A stretch of DNA of 64,000 bases from Opitutales bacterium (GCA_965197745.1 CBDANS010000007.1:576001-640000); one strand, 5' to 3'; positions 50,851 through 61,493 are shown, numbered from the stretch's first letter. Notes: generated by a model not told the origin, from the letters alone. Made by a program: numbers and translations.

Positions 50851-51348
50851 TTATGTTTCATAATTAATGGTTGTTGTCTTGTGTTAAGGTTATAAACGCG
50901 ATGTTAATAGGTCTAATGTCGGCTGCCAGGCAAGTAAACGGGCAAAGGAAGGATCGCGAAAGGGACAGTCAATTATCAGCCCGCCAAAATTTTTAATCGC
51001 TTCAGTATATTCATCTTCTTCTTCGATAATGCGCGCAGAAGCTTTTTTTAAATCTGAGAGTATATCCTGATCAAGGATGCCGTCGACGAGACAGTATCCC
51101 TCTTCAGTAAGTTGATTTCGTTTTTCTTGAGCCTCGTTATGAGCGATCATGGGTTCTAGTCAAAAGGTCATAGGGTAAAAGCGATAAAGAGAATATGCAT
51201 CTATGCGGAAAGATACTGAATACAGGATGCAGGATACAGGATGCAGGATACAAGTAAATCATAGAGCTATCCACTATTGAGGATGTGTGGCTTTGCTCTT
51301 AGTACGTTTATCCTCTTTGTCGCATTCACACTTATACGCATAACCCCA

Positions 51349-53382
51349 TTATCCCTTATATGCCGCCCGCAATTCGCGGCGCATGATTTTATTAGAAGCT
51401 GTTCTTGGAAGATCAACGGTTAAAACGACATCAAATATGCGAAATAGAGGGTTGAGGTAATTTTTTATGGTATTCTGCATTTGCTGTTTTAATGACTCCT
51501 TTTTCAATAAAACATCCGGTTCTAGAACCGTAAAAATGACGAGCGACTCCGGACCTCCATTGGGAGGTGAAACAGAAATCGCGGCAGTTTCACTAACCCC
51601 TTCAATCTGGTTGAGAGTGCGTTCAATTTCAGCAGAGCTTATTTTAATACCGCCCAGGTTCATTGTGTCATCGACGCGACCGTGCGCGCGATAATAGCCA
51701 TCTCCAAGGCGTTCCATCTGGTCTCCATGGCGACGCAAAGCAATTCCGGATACTCCCCGGGGTGTTCCATCATAATAAACTTCATGATGATCGCGATTCA
51801 AAAGTTCTCGGGATAATCCTATGGCTGGTGGGACAAGGAATAATTCTCCATTATCTGTTTCAATTGCGTTTTCATCGAGAATGACAACATCAAGTCCAAG
51901 CGCTGGAGTGGAAAAGGTGGCAGGTGACGCCGGTTGAACCAGGGTCCCGGTAATATAGCCGCCGCCGATCTCTGTCCCTCCGCAATATTCAATTATTGGC
52001 TTATAACCCGCAAGCGACATTAAAAAAAGCATATCAGTAGCATTGGAACTTTCACCGGTTGAGCTGAAAGCTTTAATCTTGCTCCAGCTTAATCCACTTA
52101 TGCAGTTGGAATTTTTCCAGGCTTTAACGATGCTGGGAACGAGGCCGAGCATTGTGATCTCCGCGTCCTGAACAAATTTTCCAAATCCCCTTCCCGTGGG
52201 AACACCATAATACAACCCCATGGATGCTTTATTGACCAAGCTCGCAAAGATCAACCATGGTCCCATCATCCATCCCAGGTTAGTGGGCCATGCGACTCTG
52301 TCACCTGCTTGAATGTCCTGGTGAAGAAATCCATCTCCTGCGCTCTTAATGGGTGTTGTCTGTGTCCAGGGAATCGCTTTCGGTTCTCCCGTCGTTCCCG
52401 ATGAATAGAGAATAGTAATGTGATCGTCGGGTGAACGGGGTATTGATTCGAATTGAAGGTTATCACTTAAGAACGCATCCCATTCGCAATCTTCATCGCG
52501 TAGTTTGACTGTCTCCACCTCATCATCGGAGAGAACGATCGAGCGAGGTGCATCAGCCGATACTATTTTTTCATACAAGGGTAGTTTTTTCCCATCACGA
52601 TATATAAAATCCTGGGTAAAGACACCAATTGCTTTAGCAATCTCAATGCGCAGAGCGATCGCATCCGGGGCAAAACTGTCGGCAATAGAGACAGCAACAC
52701 ATCCAGCTTTAATAATACCCAGGTAAATAGCAACGCACTCGACGGTCATCGGCATACAAATAGCAAGCGAATCACCCGGAGAGAAACCAGCATTGACAAC
52801 TCCGTTGGCTACGCGATTAGTCAGCGCTTCAAGCTCACTATAGCTAGTTGTGAGTATATCACTTTTTTCACCTTGAGTGATAATTGCCATGGCATCCTCG
52901 GGCGCTTGAAAACAGCTATCGACGATATTGAACTTAGCGCTGGTTAACCAGCGTGGTGATTCTATGGGAGTTGAGTGATCAAGTATATCTGTAGGAGATT
53001 CCTTAAAAAGGATATTTAACTTTTTGATTATGAAGTCCCAGAAAGCTTCTCGATTTTGAATAGACCATTGAAAGAACGCATCGTAAGAATCTATATTTAA
53101 CGCTTTCATCACCACGGCGATGTTGGTTGCGTTTCTGATCTCGTCTGTAGGTATCCATGCTGGTGGGGGCCCTTTTGTTGAATCCCAGTTGGCAAATACG
53201 GAATTATATAAATACAAGTGCAGTTCAAAAGGGTGCTCCCGGGTCAGTATTTTTTTTGAAATTACCTGCCAAAGTTGTGCCTCTGAGAGTGACAATGAGA
53301 GCTCATTGATCTGTTGCGCCATTGAATTCGCCGCGGACCTTTCCAATCCTATTTCTGCAATACGCTCAATTTTCAAATTCAT
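51349..53382 (-). CDS. AMP-dependent acyl-CoA synthetase (acetate/acetoacetate-CoA ligase-like)
   Basis: ILYSSGTTGEPK, EYCGGTE, RHGD, HGRVDDTMNLGG, LPRTASNK. Confidence 0.9.
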   Translation of the reverse strand: MNLKIERIAEIGLERSAANSMAQQINELSLSLSEAQLWQVISKKILTREHPFELHLYLYNSVFANWDSTKGPPPAWIPTDEIRNATNIAVVMKALNIDSYDAFFQWSIQNREAFWDFIIKKLNILFKESPTDILDHSTPIESPRWLTSAKFNIVDSCFQAPEDAMAIITQGEKSDILTTSYSELEALTNRVANGVVNAGFSPGDSLAICMPMTVECVAIYLGIIKAGCVAVSIADSFAPDAIALRIEIAKAIGVFTQDFIYRDGKKLPLYEKIVSADAPRSIVLSDDEVETVKLRDEDCEWDAFLSDNLQFESIPRSPDDHITILYSSGTTGEPKAIPWTQTTPIKSAGDGFLHQDIQAGDRVAWPTNLGWMMGPWLIFASLVNKASMGLYYGVPTGRGFGKFVQDAEITMLGLVPSIVKAWKNSNCISGLSWSKIKAFSSTGESSNATDMLFLMSLAGYKPIIEYCGGTEIGGGYITGTLVQPASPATFSTPALGLDVVILDENAIETDNGELFLVPPAIGLSRELLNRDHHEVYYDGTPRGVSGIALRRHGDQMERLGDGYYRAHGRVDDTMNLGGIKISSAEIERTLNQIEGVSETAAISVSPPNGGPESLVIFTVLEPDVLLKKESLKQQMQNTIKNYLNPLFRIFDVVLTVDLPRTASNKIMRRELRAAYKG

Positions 53383-53395
53383 CTCTTACGCTTTA

Positions 53396-55084
53396 CTATC
53401 GTACGTGCCGGCTTTGGATGGAATTCAATACTTTGAGGTTACGCCATTTTGCCGTAGCCCCTTGTCCGAAAATAGTTTGTTTATATTCAGGATCCAGTCC
53501 CGGGATGATTCCGCCCCGGCCATTCGGAAGATCATCAAGGAGGGTGAAGATCGCTATCGCCACGCGGAAATGGGCAGGTTTGACGATGGGAGCGGCGGGA
53601 GGTCCGAGGCTTGTGATCCAGGTTACTTTATGGACTAACTCACTATCGACTAACCATCTGGCTTGGTCCGGGCCAGGAGTGAACCATCCGTCATCACCCG
53701 GGTCGTAAATAATCTCATAGCGATGCCACGAACCTGGATTGATTTCAAGTTCAGTGAGGACTGGATCAGCTAATGGAAGGTCTGACCCTGGGCCACCGGG
53801 AGCATTTACGGAAAATCGTTCACGCAAAGCGAGAACACGCCTGTTCGAAACTTCAAAATTCAGAACTGAGCCCGATGCATCGTCGATTAGGGCAATCGAA
53901 CCGCTGGCCAGTCGAGGATCATCAGGATCAGCGCCAAATGGATTTTTCTCAGTGCCATAGGTATCAACAGCGAGTTCCACCGATACGGTTAGGCCACCAC
54001 TGGTAGGGAAGCGACGATCGGTAATAACCATAGCTTTTACATGATCGAGAGGATTGTCCTGCCCGAGGGTGAAGCGAGGAATATCAATTTTAAATTCCGG
54101 AAGCTCATGAGTTGGAGCAGTAATTGTTGCCGCGGGATCATGAATGTCTACGCCATCGATATTAAATAGATTCCAACCGGAACCGATAACCGGGGAACCA
54201 GAAGACCAGTCATTAAATTCTCGTCCTTCACCTTCCATGAAATAAGAAGGTGCGGGGATTCCGCGCCAGACATCCACGGTTTTGGGTTCGTTTTTCCATG
54301 CACGGGGTTGATAATTATCTTCATCCTCGATCAGAATCATTTCCGTACTTAATTCAATCACATTTCCAGCGGCATCGGGGATATAGAGAAAAAGATTTCC
54401 GCCCGGTCCATGGCGGCTCGGTCCGTAGATGATTGGAATGTCATTAGTGTAAAGGGAATCACAGATATTTTTAAAGACGCTCCAATCAGATAAATCAAAA
54501 CAGTAGTGATTCACTTTTGAGATTCCAGCGTTGATAATTGCGATACCATGGTGTTCCTGGTTACACCGAATCCAGGCGAGAGAATCATCCTCTAAAGTGT
54601 CAGAGATGCGAAAACCCAATAACTCGGTATAAAAGGCGAGGGAAGTCTCCAAATCTTTTGCCATAAATGTGATGTGGCCGAATTTAAGAGGTCGAACATC
54701 GTTTGCTGGGAGGGTTTGCTTAATGGATTCCATACCCTCGTATAATTCGAGTAGAAATCCATCCGGATCCCGGTAACAATAAGCTTCGCCCTGACCCGGC
54801 TCCTCGTAGTCTCTCTTTATGGGTTCATGCCCATGGCTGGCTAATACATCCCGCGCCGCTAGTAACGCTTCCTTGTCATTTACTTCCAGTCCAAGATGAT
54901 GCATCCCTCTCTTTTCGCCTGGATATAATGCGAGACAATGATGTTCATTGTTACAGCGGAGAAAAACGGCTTCGCCGGCCCGATCCGAAATCTCCATGCC
55001 TAATATCTTTTCGTAAAAAGAAGCCGTTTCCTCGACATCGTGAACGGTAAAGGCAACGTGTCCGAGGCGTTTGATATTTATCAT
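53396..55084 (-). CDS. Extradiol dioxygenase-like two-domain VOC protein fused to a C-terminal beta-rich domain (DUF6081-like)
   Basis: RLGHVAF, FLRCNNEHH, KFGHIT, RCNQEHH, GPSRHGPG.N.FLY..D..GNVIE. About 270 extra aa with DHVK..DPDDPRLAS. Confidence 0.75.
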   Translation of the reverse strand: MINIKRLGHVAFTVHDVEETASFYEKILGMEISDRAGEAVFLRCNNEHHCLALYPGEKRGMHHLGLEVNDKEALLAARDVLASHGHEPIKRDYEEPGQGEAYCYRDPDGFLLELYEGMESIKQTLPANDVRPLKFGHITFMAKDLETSLAFYTELLGFRISDTLEDDSLAWIRCNQEHHGIAIINAGISKVNHYCFDLSDWSVFKNICDSLYTNDIPIIYGPSRHGPGGNLFLYIPDAAGNVIELSTEMILIEDEDNYQPRAWKNEPKTVDVWRGIPAPSYFMEGEGREFNDWSSGSPVIGSGWNLFNIDGVDIHDPAATITAPTHELPEFKIDIPRFTLGQDNPLDHVKAMVITDRRFPTSGGLTVSVELAVDTYGTEKNPFGADPDDPRLASGSIALIDDASGSVLNFEVSNRRVLALRERFSVNAPGGPGSDLPLADPVLTELEINPGSWHRYEIIYDPGDDGWFTPGPDQARWLVDSELVHKVTWITSLGPPAAPIVKPAHFRVAIAIFTLLDDLPNGRGGIIPGLDPEYKQTIFGQGATAKWRNLKVLNSIQSRHVR

Positions 55085-55087
55085 GGA

Positions 55088-55978
55088 TTATTTATCCTCA
55101 ACTTCATCAATTATTCTTTGAAGGTTTATACAGCTTGTTCGAGTCCCTTCGATCAAAGTTTCCAAAGTACTGTTTACTTTTCGCTCGTACTCAATCGACC
55201 ATAACCCGTTAAAAGATTTTGAAAGCTTGCCAATAATGGGTGGCCAGTCGATATCACCCTCACCAAATGCCCGGTACTCGACACCTTTGTCTGTATGAGC
55301 GACATCTTTCCAATGGGTATATTTAATTCTATCTTCTATCTGAAGCAGTGCATGATAGGGATCTTCACCTCCATAGGCAAAATTAGCGGGATCGAAAGTC
55401 ACCCCCACTGATTCATAGGGAATCATATCAAGTAGCCTTTTCAAGCGCGCTCCCGTTGCCGAGCTGCCCCCATGATTTTCGATGGCTAGGGATACATTTT
55501 TTCCCTGTGCATAATCCCCGACTTTATTAAAGGCTTCCCCGAGTGTAGAGTAGAGAGCATCAGTTACTCTTTCCGCAGGTAGGACATAATGTTGGGAAGC
55601 AGTAAAATCATGTTCGGTGAATACCCTGATCACGCGTGCATCCAAGGCATCGGCAATATCTATGACTTTCATTATCTCAGTGGATTGGTCATTCGCATTA
55701 TTTCCATCGAGCGCTACCACGGCTCCACCTCCCAGGGCAGCTACTTTCACTCCTGCTTCGGTAGCCAAATGCCTGACTTTTTCTATTTCTTCTGGAGTAG
55801 CATCTAATGAGATCGCGTTTTTCGCTTCCCCCACCAGCCAACCAGCGTCAATTTCCACTGACGATATCCCGGATTTTATTGAGGCCTCAAAAAAATCATT
55901 CAAGTTATATTCCCTGAACCCATAGGATGCATTACCAAGCGTAATTGCTGTATGCTTAGCCATCATATTTCTCTTCAC
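55088..55978 (-). CDS. Sugar phosphate isomerase/epimerase (xylose isomerase-like TIM barrel)
   Basis: LAIENHG, TFDPAN, HWKD, FGEGDIDW, SIEYE. Confidence 0.88.
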   Translation of the reverse strand: MKRNMMAKHTAITLGNASYGFREYNLNDFFEASIKSGISSVEIDAGWLVGEAKNAISLDATPEEIEKVRHLATEAGVKVAALGGGAVVALDGNNANDQSTEIMKVIDIADALDARVIRVFTEHDFTASQHYVLPAERVTDALYSTLGEAFNKVGDYAQGKNVSLAIENHGGSSATGARLKRLLDMIPYESVGVTFDPANFAYGGEDPYHALLQIEDRIKYTHWKDVAHTDKGVEYRAFGEGDIDWPPIIGKLSKSFNGLWSIEYERKVNSTLETLIEGTRTSCINLQRIIDEVEDK

Positions 55979-56000
55979 ATATAATTGTAAAAATCAGGAT

Positions 56001-56750
56001 CTATTTGGCGGAGATACCACCGTCAACTGCCATGATATGACCGGTGACAAAAGATGCAGCATCGGAACAAAGCCACACCACTGTTTCAGCAATCTCTTCC
56101 GGTTCACCTATTCTACCCACGGGATGCTCCTTGATAAATCCTTCTACCGCCTCCGGGTTAATCTCCTTCTGGCGGTGGACCATGGGTGTGGCTATGAGAC
56201 CGGGATTGATAGCGTTCACCCGAATACCCGAAGCTGCAGTTTCTACAGCAGCCGTGCGTGTTAACTGCAATACACCACCTTTTGATGCGCTGTAGGCCGG
56301 CAATTCCGGAACCCCTCGGACGGCGGCGTTAGATGCGGTATTAACAATCGCTCCACCGCCCTGCTTAACCATTTGCGGTATTTCATATTTCATGCACAAC
56401 CATACACCTTTGAGATTGGTGTTTATGATCCGATTAAAGTTGTCTTCGCTACAATCTGCAGTCGTAGACATTTCACCTAGAATACCGGCATTGTTAAAGG
56501 CACAATCCAGGTGACCGAATTTTTCTACACTGTGATTTATCAGCGTTTCAACTTCAGATGCGATTGAAACATCGCATTTTATAAATATTCCTTTACCTCC
56601 CATTTCTTTAATGAGGGCAACGGTCTCATTTCCATTTTCATCATCAATATCAGCAACCACAACTTCGGCCCTTTCACGCGCAAAAACCAGAGCCGTCGCA
56701 CGACCAATCCCTGATCCCCCTCCGGTCACGAGTGCTACTTTATTTTTCAT
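56001..56750 (-). CDS. Short-chain dehydrogenase/reductase
   Basis: TGGGSGIG, NNAG, YSASK, NAINPG. Confidence 0.95.
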   Translation of the reverse strand: MKNKVALVTGGGSGIGRATALVFARERAEVVVADIDDENGNETVALIKEMGGKGIFIKCDVSIASEVETLINHSVEKFGHLDCAFNNAGILGEMSTTADCSEDNFNRIINTNLKGVWLCMKYEIPQMVKQGGGAIVNTASNAAVRGVPELPAYSASKGGVLQLTRTAAVETAASGIRVNAINPGLIATPMVHRQKEINPEAVEGFIKEHPVGRIGEPEEIAETVVWLCSDAASFVTGHIMAVDGGISAK

Positions 56751-56894
56751 TTTTCAGCCATCCACTTTAAATAAAAAGCATTCATCAAAATTCGATATTT
56801 TCTTCTTCCTGATGATTTTCAATAGTTTTTGTTAGTTGATCAAAATTCTATGAATCTATTGACTCATGCTTCTTAGAAGAATATAAGAGTTATT

Positions 56895-57884
56895 ATGTTT
56901 AAAGTAACTGAAAATGATTTAAAATCATTTGAGGATCAAGGATTCATGGTCATTAATGGCGTGCTCGATCCTGAAAAAGACATTAAATCGGTAGAAGAAG
57001 AATACTCAGTCGTTCTCGATTCAATTATTGATGAGTTAATTGATGGAAAAGAACGCTATTCATCCTACCGGGAGCTGCCTTTTCTCGAGCGATACTCTGA
57101 AATGATCTGCGCAGAGATTATCTCGGCCCGAGAATTAGACATTACCTTGCCACCCAATTTTACTGAGGATACACCGATACATTTAGGGCCGGCTGTATTC
57201 CACCATGTTTTGCGCAATCAGAGAATTCTCGATATTATCGAAACATTAATTGGACCGGAAATTTATTGCAACGCCATCCAGCATACACGCATTAAACCGC
57301 CACAAAGAATTATCCCCGAAGCAATGCAGCAGAGTAATATTATTGCATCCACCCTCTGGCACCAGGATATAGGCGTTATAGAGCCCGCGGGTGACGATTC
57401 TGAATTAATTTCTGTATGGATTGCGATGACAGATGTGAATGAGGATAATGGGTGCCTGGTTTTAATTCCTGGAAGTCATAAACAACATTTGGTCCAGCAT
57501 TGTTTTAAGAGGGAACCCGATGGAGTATTCAGGGCTTATCGTATACCCGATGAAAAACTTGATGATGGAGAGCTCACGCCCATGGTCATGAAGGCCGGCG
57601 ACGCCCTTTTTTTTCACAAATCAATGATGCATTCCGCTCATCCGAATAGAAGTGATACCGTTCGCTGGAGTTTTGACTTGCGCTATAATCCGATTGGCGA
57701 GAACGACGGTCGTTCATGGCTACCGGGTTTTGTGGCGCGTAGTTCAGCGAATCCGGAGAGTGTATTGACCGACGCTGAGGTCTGGGCCCAAAACTGGCGG
57801 GAAGCGCGCACCCGGTTGCTAAAAAATGGCGATTCGAAGCGACCGCACAATCGCTGGCATCCAGATGATCCCGGTTGCGCGTGA
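56895..57884 (+). CDS. PhyH-family dioxygenase
   Basis: FEDQGF, LWHQD, WIAMTDV...NGCL.LIPGSHK, AGDALFFH...MHSA.PN.S...RWS.DLRY. Confidence 0.9.
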   Translation: MFKVTENDLKSFEDQGFMVINGVLDPEKDIKSVEEEYSVVLDSIIDELIDGKERYSSYRELPFLERYSEMICAEIISARELDITLPPNFTEDTPIHLGPAVFHHVLRNQRILDIIETLIGPEIYCNAIQHTRIKPPQRIIPEAMQQSNIIASTLWHQDIGVIEPAGDDSELISVWIAMTDVNEDNGCLVLIPGSHKQHLVQHCFKREPDGVFRAYRIPDEKLDDGELTPMVMKAGDALFFHKSMMHSAHPNRSDTVRWSFDLRYNPIGENDGRSWLPGFVARSSANPESVLTDAEVWAQNWREARTRLLKNGDSKRPHNRWHPDDPGCA

Positions 57885-58015
57885 ATTAGCGGTAATGGGT
57901 TTATGTGAATAAGCGTGTATGCGGCGAGAGGGAAGAGCTATCTTCGTCTTCGTCAACCTCTTCGTCTGCTGTTATAAATATGGATACCTACTGTTGGTTA
58001 ATTATTACTTTAAAC

Positions 58016-58081
58016 GGCCACGACGGAGCGTGGCCCTCCAGGAAAGAGACAAAAATGGAGGGCCACGCTCCGTCGTGTCCG
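58016..58081. repeat. REP-like doublet, GGAGGGCCACG family, preceded by TCTTCGTC arm (57940-57969)
   Basis: GGCCACGACGGAGCGTGGCCCTCC ... GGAGGGCCACGCTCCGTCGTGTCCG between convergent genes. Confidence 0.85.
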
Positions 58082-58114
58082 CTCTTTTGTTCCATGCGAG
58101 TGCAGCAATTTAAT

Positions 58115-59242
58115 TCAGCAGCACCAGTGGCGAATAAGATTACGATACATGGCTGTCCCTTTCTCTAACTGATCGAGAGCAATCCATTCATCATGGGTGT
58201 GTGCCTGTGCGATATTCCCCGGCCCGAAGACAACCAGTTTTTTCATCGCGGAAAACATGGTGCCGTCAGTTCCATAGGAGACGGTTTGTGCTGTTTTTTT
58301 TCCTGCAAGCTGCAACACTTCTTTAACAAAATCGGACTGAGGATCGACATATAGTGGTGAAGCATGAGAGCGAAGATCGAATTCAATTCCATTGTCTTCC
58401 GCCGCTTTTCGTACTCTTTCGACAAGAGAATCAGCATCCTGACCTGGCATGGGGCGAAAATAAACAGTGCACACACTTTGCGGCGGCGTAATATTTATCG
58501 CTTTGGTATGATCGTTGATCCCGATATTCCAACTCATTGTAGGTGGATCAAACTCTTCATTTTGCCAGGACGGATCTGATTCCAACTCGTCGTGGATACG
58601 CTTCATTTCACCGAGGAAAGGGATCATCGCTAAATTTGCATTGATGCCCTCGCGGGTGCTGGAATGAGCCGCTCTCCCTTTCGATGTTGCAACGAATCCA
58701 AAAGTGCCTTTGTGTGCATAGACAACCTCGAGCATCGTCGGTTCGCCGATAATACCGTTGCTTCCCCCTTCGACCATTTCACGGTATAACCGTGAGTTTT
58801 GAGCTACATTAGCTGCACCTCCATAACCGATTTCTTCATCAGCAGTACAGGTAATATAGACTGGATTTTTAAGTTCCGAGTCGGAGATCTGCTCAACTGC
58901 GGCCAACATACAGGCAATAGATCCTTTCATGTCACAGCTGCCTCGTCCATAGAGTTTATCGCCTTTAACTGTTGGAGTAAAGGGACCGTGTTCATCCGTA
59001 AACCAGGGATCAGCCGGCACCACATCGGTATGTCCAAAATAAGCCATTCCTCCTGTACCTTCCCCTTTTTTGCCGATGACATTGATCTTTTTAACCCCGT
59101 TTTCATCGTTATACTCAAGGCGTTCGGTTTCGAAACCCAGTTTTGTCAGCGTCTCCTGCACATAATCGTTTACAGCGGCATTGGATAATACACTGGTAGA
59201 TTCAAATGCAACTAAATCCTGATCATACTGTAGTGAGTTCAT
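58115..59242 (-). CDS. M20 family metallohydrolase (acetylornithine deacetylase ArgE-like)
   Basis: GHTDVVP, YGRGSCDMKG, ADEEIG, GEPT, HKG, AAHSS, QAHTHDE. Confidence 0.9.
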   Translation of the reverse strand: MNSLQYDQDLVAFESTSVLSNAAVNDYVQETLTKLGFETERLEYNDENGVKKINVIGKKGEGTGGMAYFGHTDVVPADPWFTDEHGPFTPTVKGDKLYGRGSCDMKGSIACMLAAVEQISDSELKNPVYITCTADEEIGYGGAANVAQNSRLYREMVEGGSNGIIGEPTMLEVVYAHKGTFGFVATSKGRAAHSSTREGINANLAMIPFLGEMKRIHDELESDPSWQNEEFDPPTMSWNIGINDHTKAINITPPQSVCTVYFRPMPGQDADSLVERVRKAAEDNGIEFDLRSHASPLYVDPQSDFVKEVLQLAGKKTAQTVSYGTDGTMFSAMKKLVVFGPGNIAQAHTHDEWIALDQLEKGTAMYRNLIRHWCC

Positions 59243-59347
59243 AACTTTCTTATTTAAGGTATAAAAACCGGTTTGAAAGTGATTAGATTGATAGTACTCA
59301 ATGCGACGGTCGACTCCTAATTTTAAGTGAGCTTTTGTTTGTTATTA

Positions 59348-60109
59348 TTATTGGATACTGAATCCACCGTCGATAACAAGATGATGTCCATTGAGATAGG
59401 AGGCCCTTTCGGAACATAACCAGATTACCGATTCTGCCACTTCCTCCGGTTCAATGAGGCGTTTAAAGGGGTAATCCGCGGTTAATCCTGCCGCCACTTC
59501 TTTATCACCCTGTGTAAAACGGTCGAGCATAGGGGTAGCGACGATAGCCGGACACACCGCGTTGACGCGTATATTATTCTCGATAGATTCCAGCGCGGCG
59601 GCTCGGGTTAAACCAAGCACTCCATGTTTTCCCGCAACGTATGAGGCCATGTCTTTTTGACCGAGAAAACTGACTACAGAGGCAGTGTTAACAATTGCTC
59701 CCGCTCCTGCTGTTCTCATATATGGAATCTCAAATTTCATACACAGCCAGATACTTTTCAGGTTGATGGAAAGCACCTTGTCCCAATCTTCTTCCGTGAT
59801 TTCTGTCAGTGGCGCCATTCGCGGTTCGATGCCGGCATTATTATGAGCGATATCGAGGCGGCCATAGGTTGAAGTGACCTGGTTTACCATCGATTCAACC
59901 TCGCCACTTTGAGATACATCACAGTGGATAAATACTGACCTTCCACCATTTTCTTCGATTTGATGAACCGTTTCTTCACCGTTTTCACTGTCGATGTCGA
60001 CGACCCCGACACGCGCGCCTTCACGGGCAAAGGCAATGGCTGAAGCCCGCCCGATACCGGATCCTCCGCCGGTAACTAATGCCACTTTATCACAAAATAA
60101 TTCTGCCAT
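59348..60109 (-). CDS. Short-chain dehydrogenase/reductase
   Basis: TGGGSGIG, NNAG, YVAGK, NAVCP. Confidence 0.95.
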   Translation of the reverse strand: MAELFCDKVALVTGGGSGIGRASAIAFAREGARVGVVDIDSENGEETVHQIEENGGRSVFIHCDVSQSGEVESMVNQVTSTYGRLDIAHNNAGIEPRMAPLTEITEEDWDKVLSINLKSIWLCMKFEIPYMRTAGAGAIVNTASVVSFLGQKDMASYVAGKHGVLGLTRAAALESIENNIRVNAVCPAIVATPMLDRFTQGDKEVAAGLTADYPFKRLIEPEEVAESVIWLCSERASYLNGHHLVIDGGFSIQ

Positions 60110-60191
60110 CTTTGGTCAGAAATAACAGAACAAGGTGATCTGTCTATAAATAAGTAATTCCTTCAAATCACTGAAGAAATTAATACCTGAA

Positions 60192-61439
60192 TTAAGGAAT
60201 AAATGGAGTCTCGCGTTCTTGCTTAACGAGAGGCCGGTTTCCGTTTTCGGTTACGACAACCGCCTGTTCCGTATGAATCGCACTAGATCCGAGGTACGAG
60301 ATCATAGATTCCAAGTTGAATACCATTCCCGCCTCAAGGATGATATCTGAAGGTATATCCACGCAATCGTCGCGAATGCGCAGTCCGTTGTCTGCGACAA
60401 TAATAGGGTACTCGCGAACTTCCAGTCCATAACTGTGCCCATGGGGAAAAGAATCCATGATTCCGTTATCGTCGAGTGTCTGACGCATCGCATGCTGTAC
60501 TTCCGATGTTTTAACACCAGGATTGATTACTCCTTCAGCTGCATGCATCGCTGCGCGTAAGGCTCCATGCCGATCAAGAATCTCTTTCGATGGTTCACGC
60601 ATGGCTACGGTTGTGCCAGTATCGGAAAACTGGTGATTAAAGTAACAGCCATAATCGACATAAAACACATCGTCATCGCTGAACGCATATTCCACTTCGG
60701 CGGCGATACCAAATCCCCGGATCGAGTATAAAAAATGTTCAAAGTCACCGCCCTGTTCTGATACGCAGACACGGAAGTTTTGAACGAGTTCACTGGTGAG
60801 GCTTCCTGGTTTTAAAAGCGCGAGGCTTTCCATTGCCGCTTTCTCACTGATTTCAGCGCCGCGGGTTAAACTGGCGAGATCATCTTCGCTTTTCACCATT
60901 CTGATGAGCCGAATGAGATTCGTGCAATCTTTTACCGATGCCTTGGGTATTCCTTTGACAATCGCCGCTTCGGTATCCGCGGGTAAATTTTCCTTTTCCA
61001 GGCCGATGCGGGCTTCCAGCAATCCGCGGTCTTTTAAAATCTGGTGCAGAGCTTCGGTAGGGGTGGAACAGTTGTAAGGGTTTTTATGCAATTCGTGGAA
61101 GCTTTGAAATTGGTCAGGGAATTCCAGGGGGGAGAATGTCGAACGGTTAAATTCTGTAGAACCGCCGTAGGTATATATCTCGCGCACCCAATTGTCCGCC
61201 GCATTTAATGAAAAAAGGGGGTTGATGACGACCGCGGGATTACCTTCAAGAGGATAAACCGCGTAACCCTGAGCCAGTCGACTCGGAGCACCGGGAACCA
61301 TCATGTAGTCTTTGAAGAGCGGATCGATCCAGCAGTAGAAATCGGTGAAATAGGTGATATTGACGAAGGATGTAGCGATAAGAACATCCAGATCGTAGTT
61401 GCGCATATAGTCATCCGCGCGAGATTTATTAAAAAACAT
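60192..61439 (-). CDS. M24 (Xaa-Pro peptidase/creatinase-like) family protein
   Basis: IRMVKS, VDYG...SD, HGHSYGLEVREYP, GMVFNLE, EQAVVVTENG. Confidence 0.85.
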   Translation of the reverse strand: MFFNKSRADDYMRNYDLDVLIATSFVNITYFTDFYCWIDPLFKDYMMVPGAPSRLAQGYAVYPLEGNPAVVINPLFSLNAADNWVREIYTYGGSTEFNRSTFSPLEFPDQFQSFHELHKNPYNCSTPTEALHQILKDRGLLEARIGLEKENLPADTEAAIVKGIPKASVKDCTNLIRLIRMVKSEDDLASLTRGAEISEKAAMESLALLKPGSLTSELVQNFRVCVSEQGGDFEHFLYSIRGFGIAAEVEYAFSDDDVFYVDYGCYFNHQFSDTGTTVAMREPSKEILDRHGALRAAMHAAEGVINPGVKTSEVQHAMRQTLDDNGIMDSFPHGHSYGLEVREYPIIVADNGLRIRDDCVDIPSDIILEAGMVFNLESMISYLGSSAIHTEQAVVVTENGNRPLVKQERETPFIP

Positions 61440-61493
61440 TAACTCTTTATAAAATAATATGAAAAACAGAGCGAGGGAAAGACGGAGCAGGTC

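Larger units (their letters stand above)
49435..50900 (+). mobile_element. IS1595-family element (1466 bp) with passenger gene
   Basis: 23-bp TIR CGCGTTTATAACCTT(T/A)ACACAAG. 8-bp TSD ATGTTAAT at 49427-49434 and 50901-50908. Confidence 0.95.
48822..51150 (-). pseudogene. PhyH-family dioxygenase split by IS1595
   Basis: Removing the IS and one TSD restores ...QPTLDLLTLMGFDDVRW... in frame. EEGYCLV, WHQD, GCFRVIPGSH, LLHSA..N. Confidence 0.92.
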
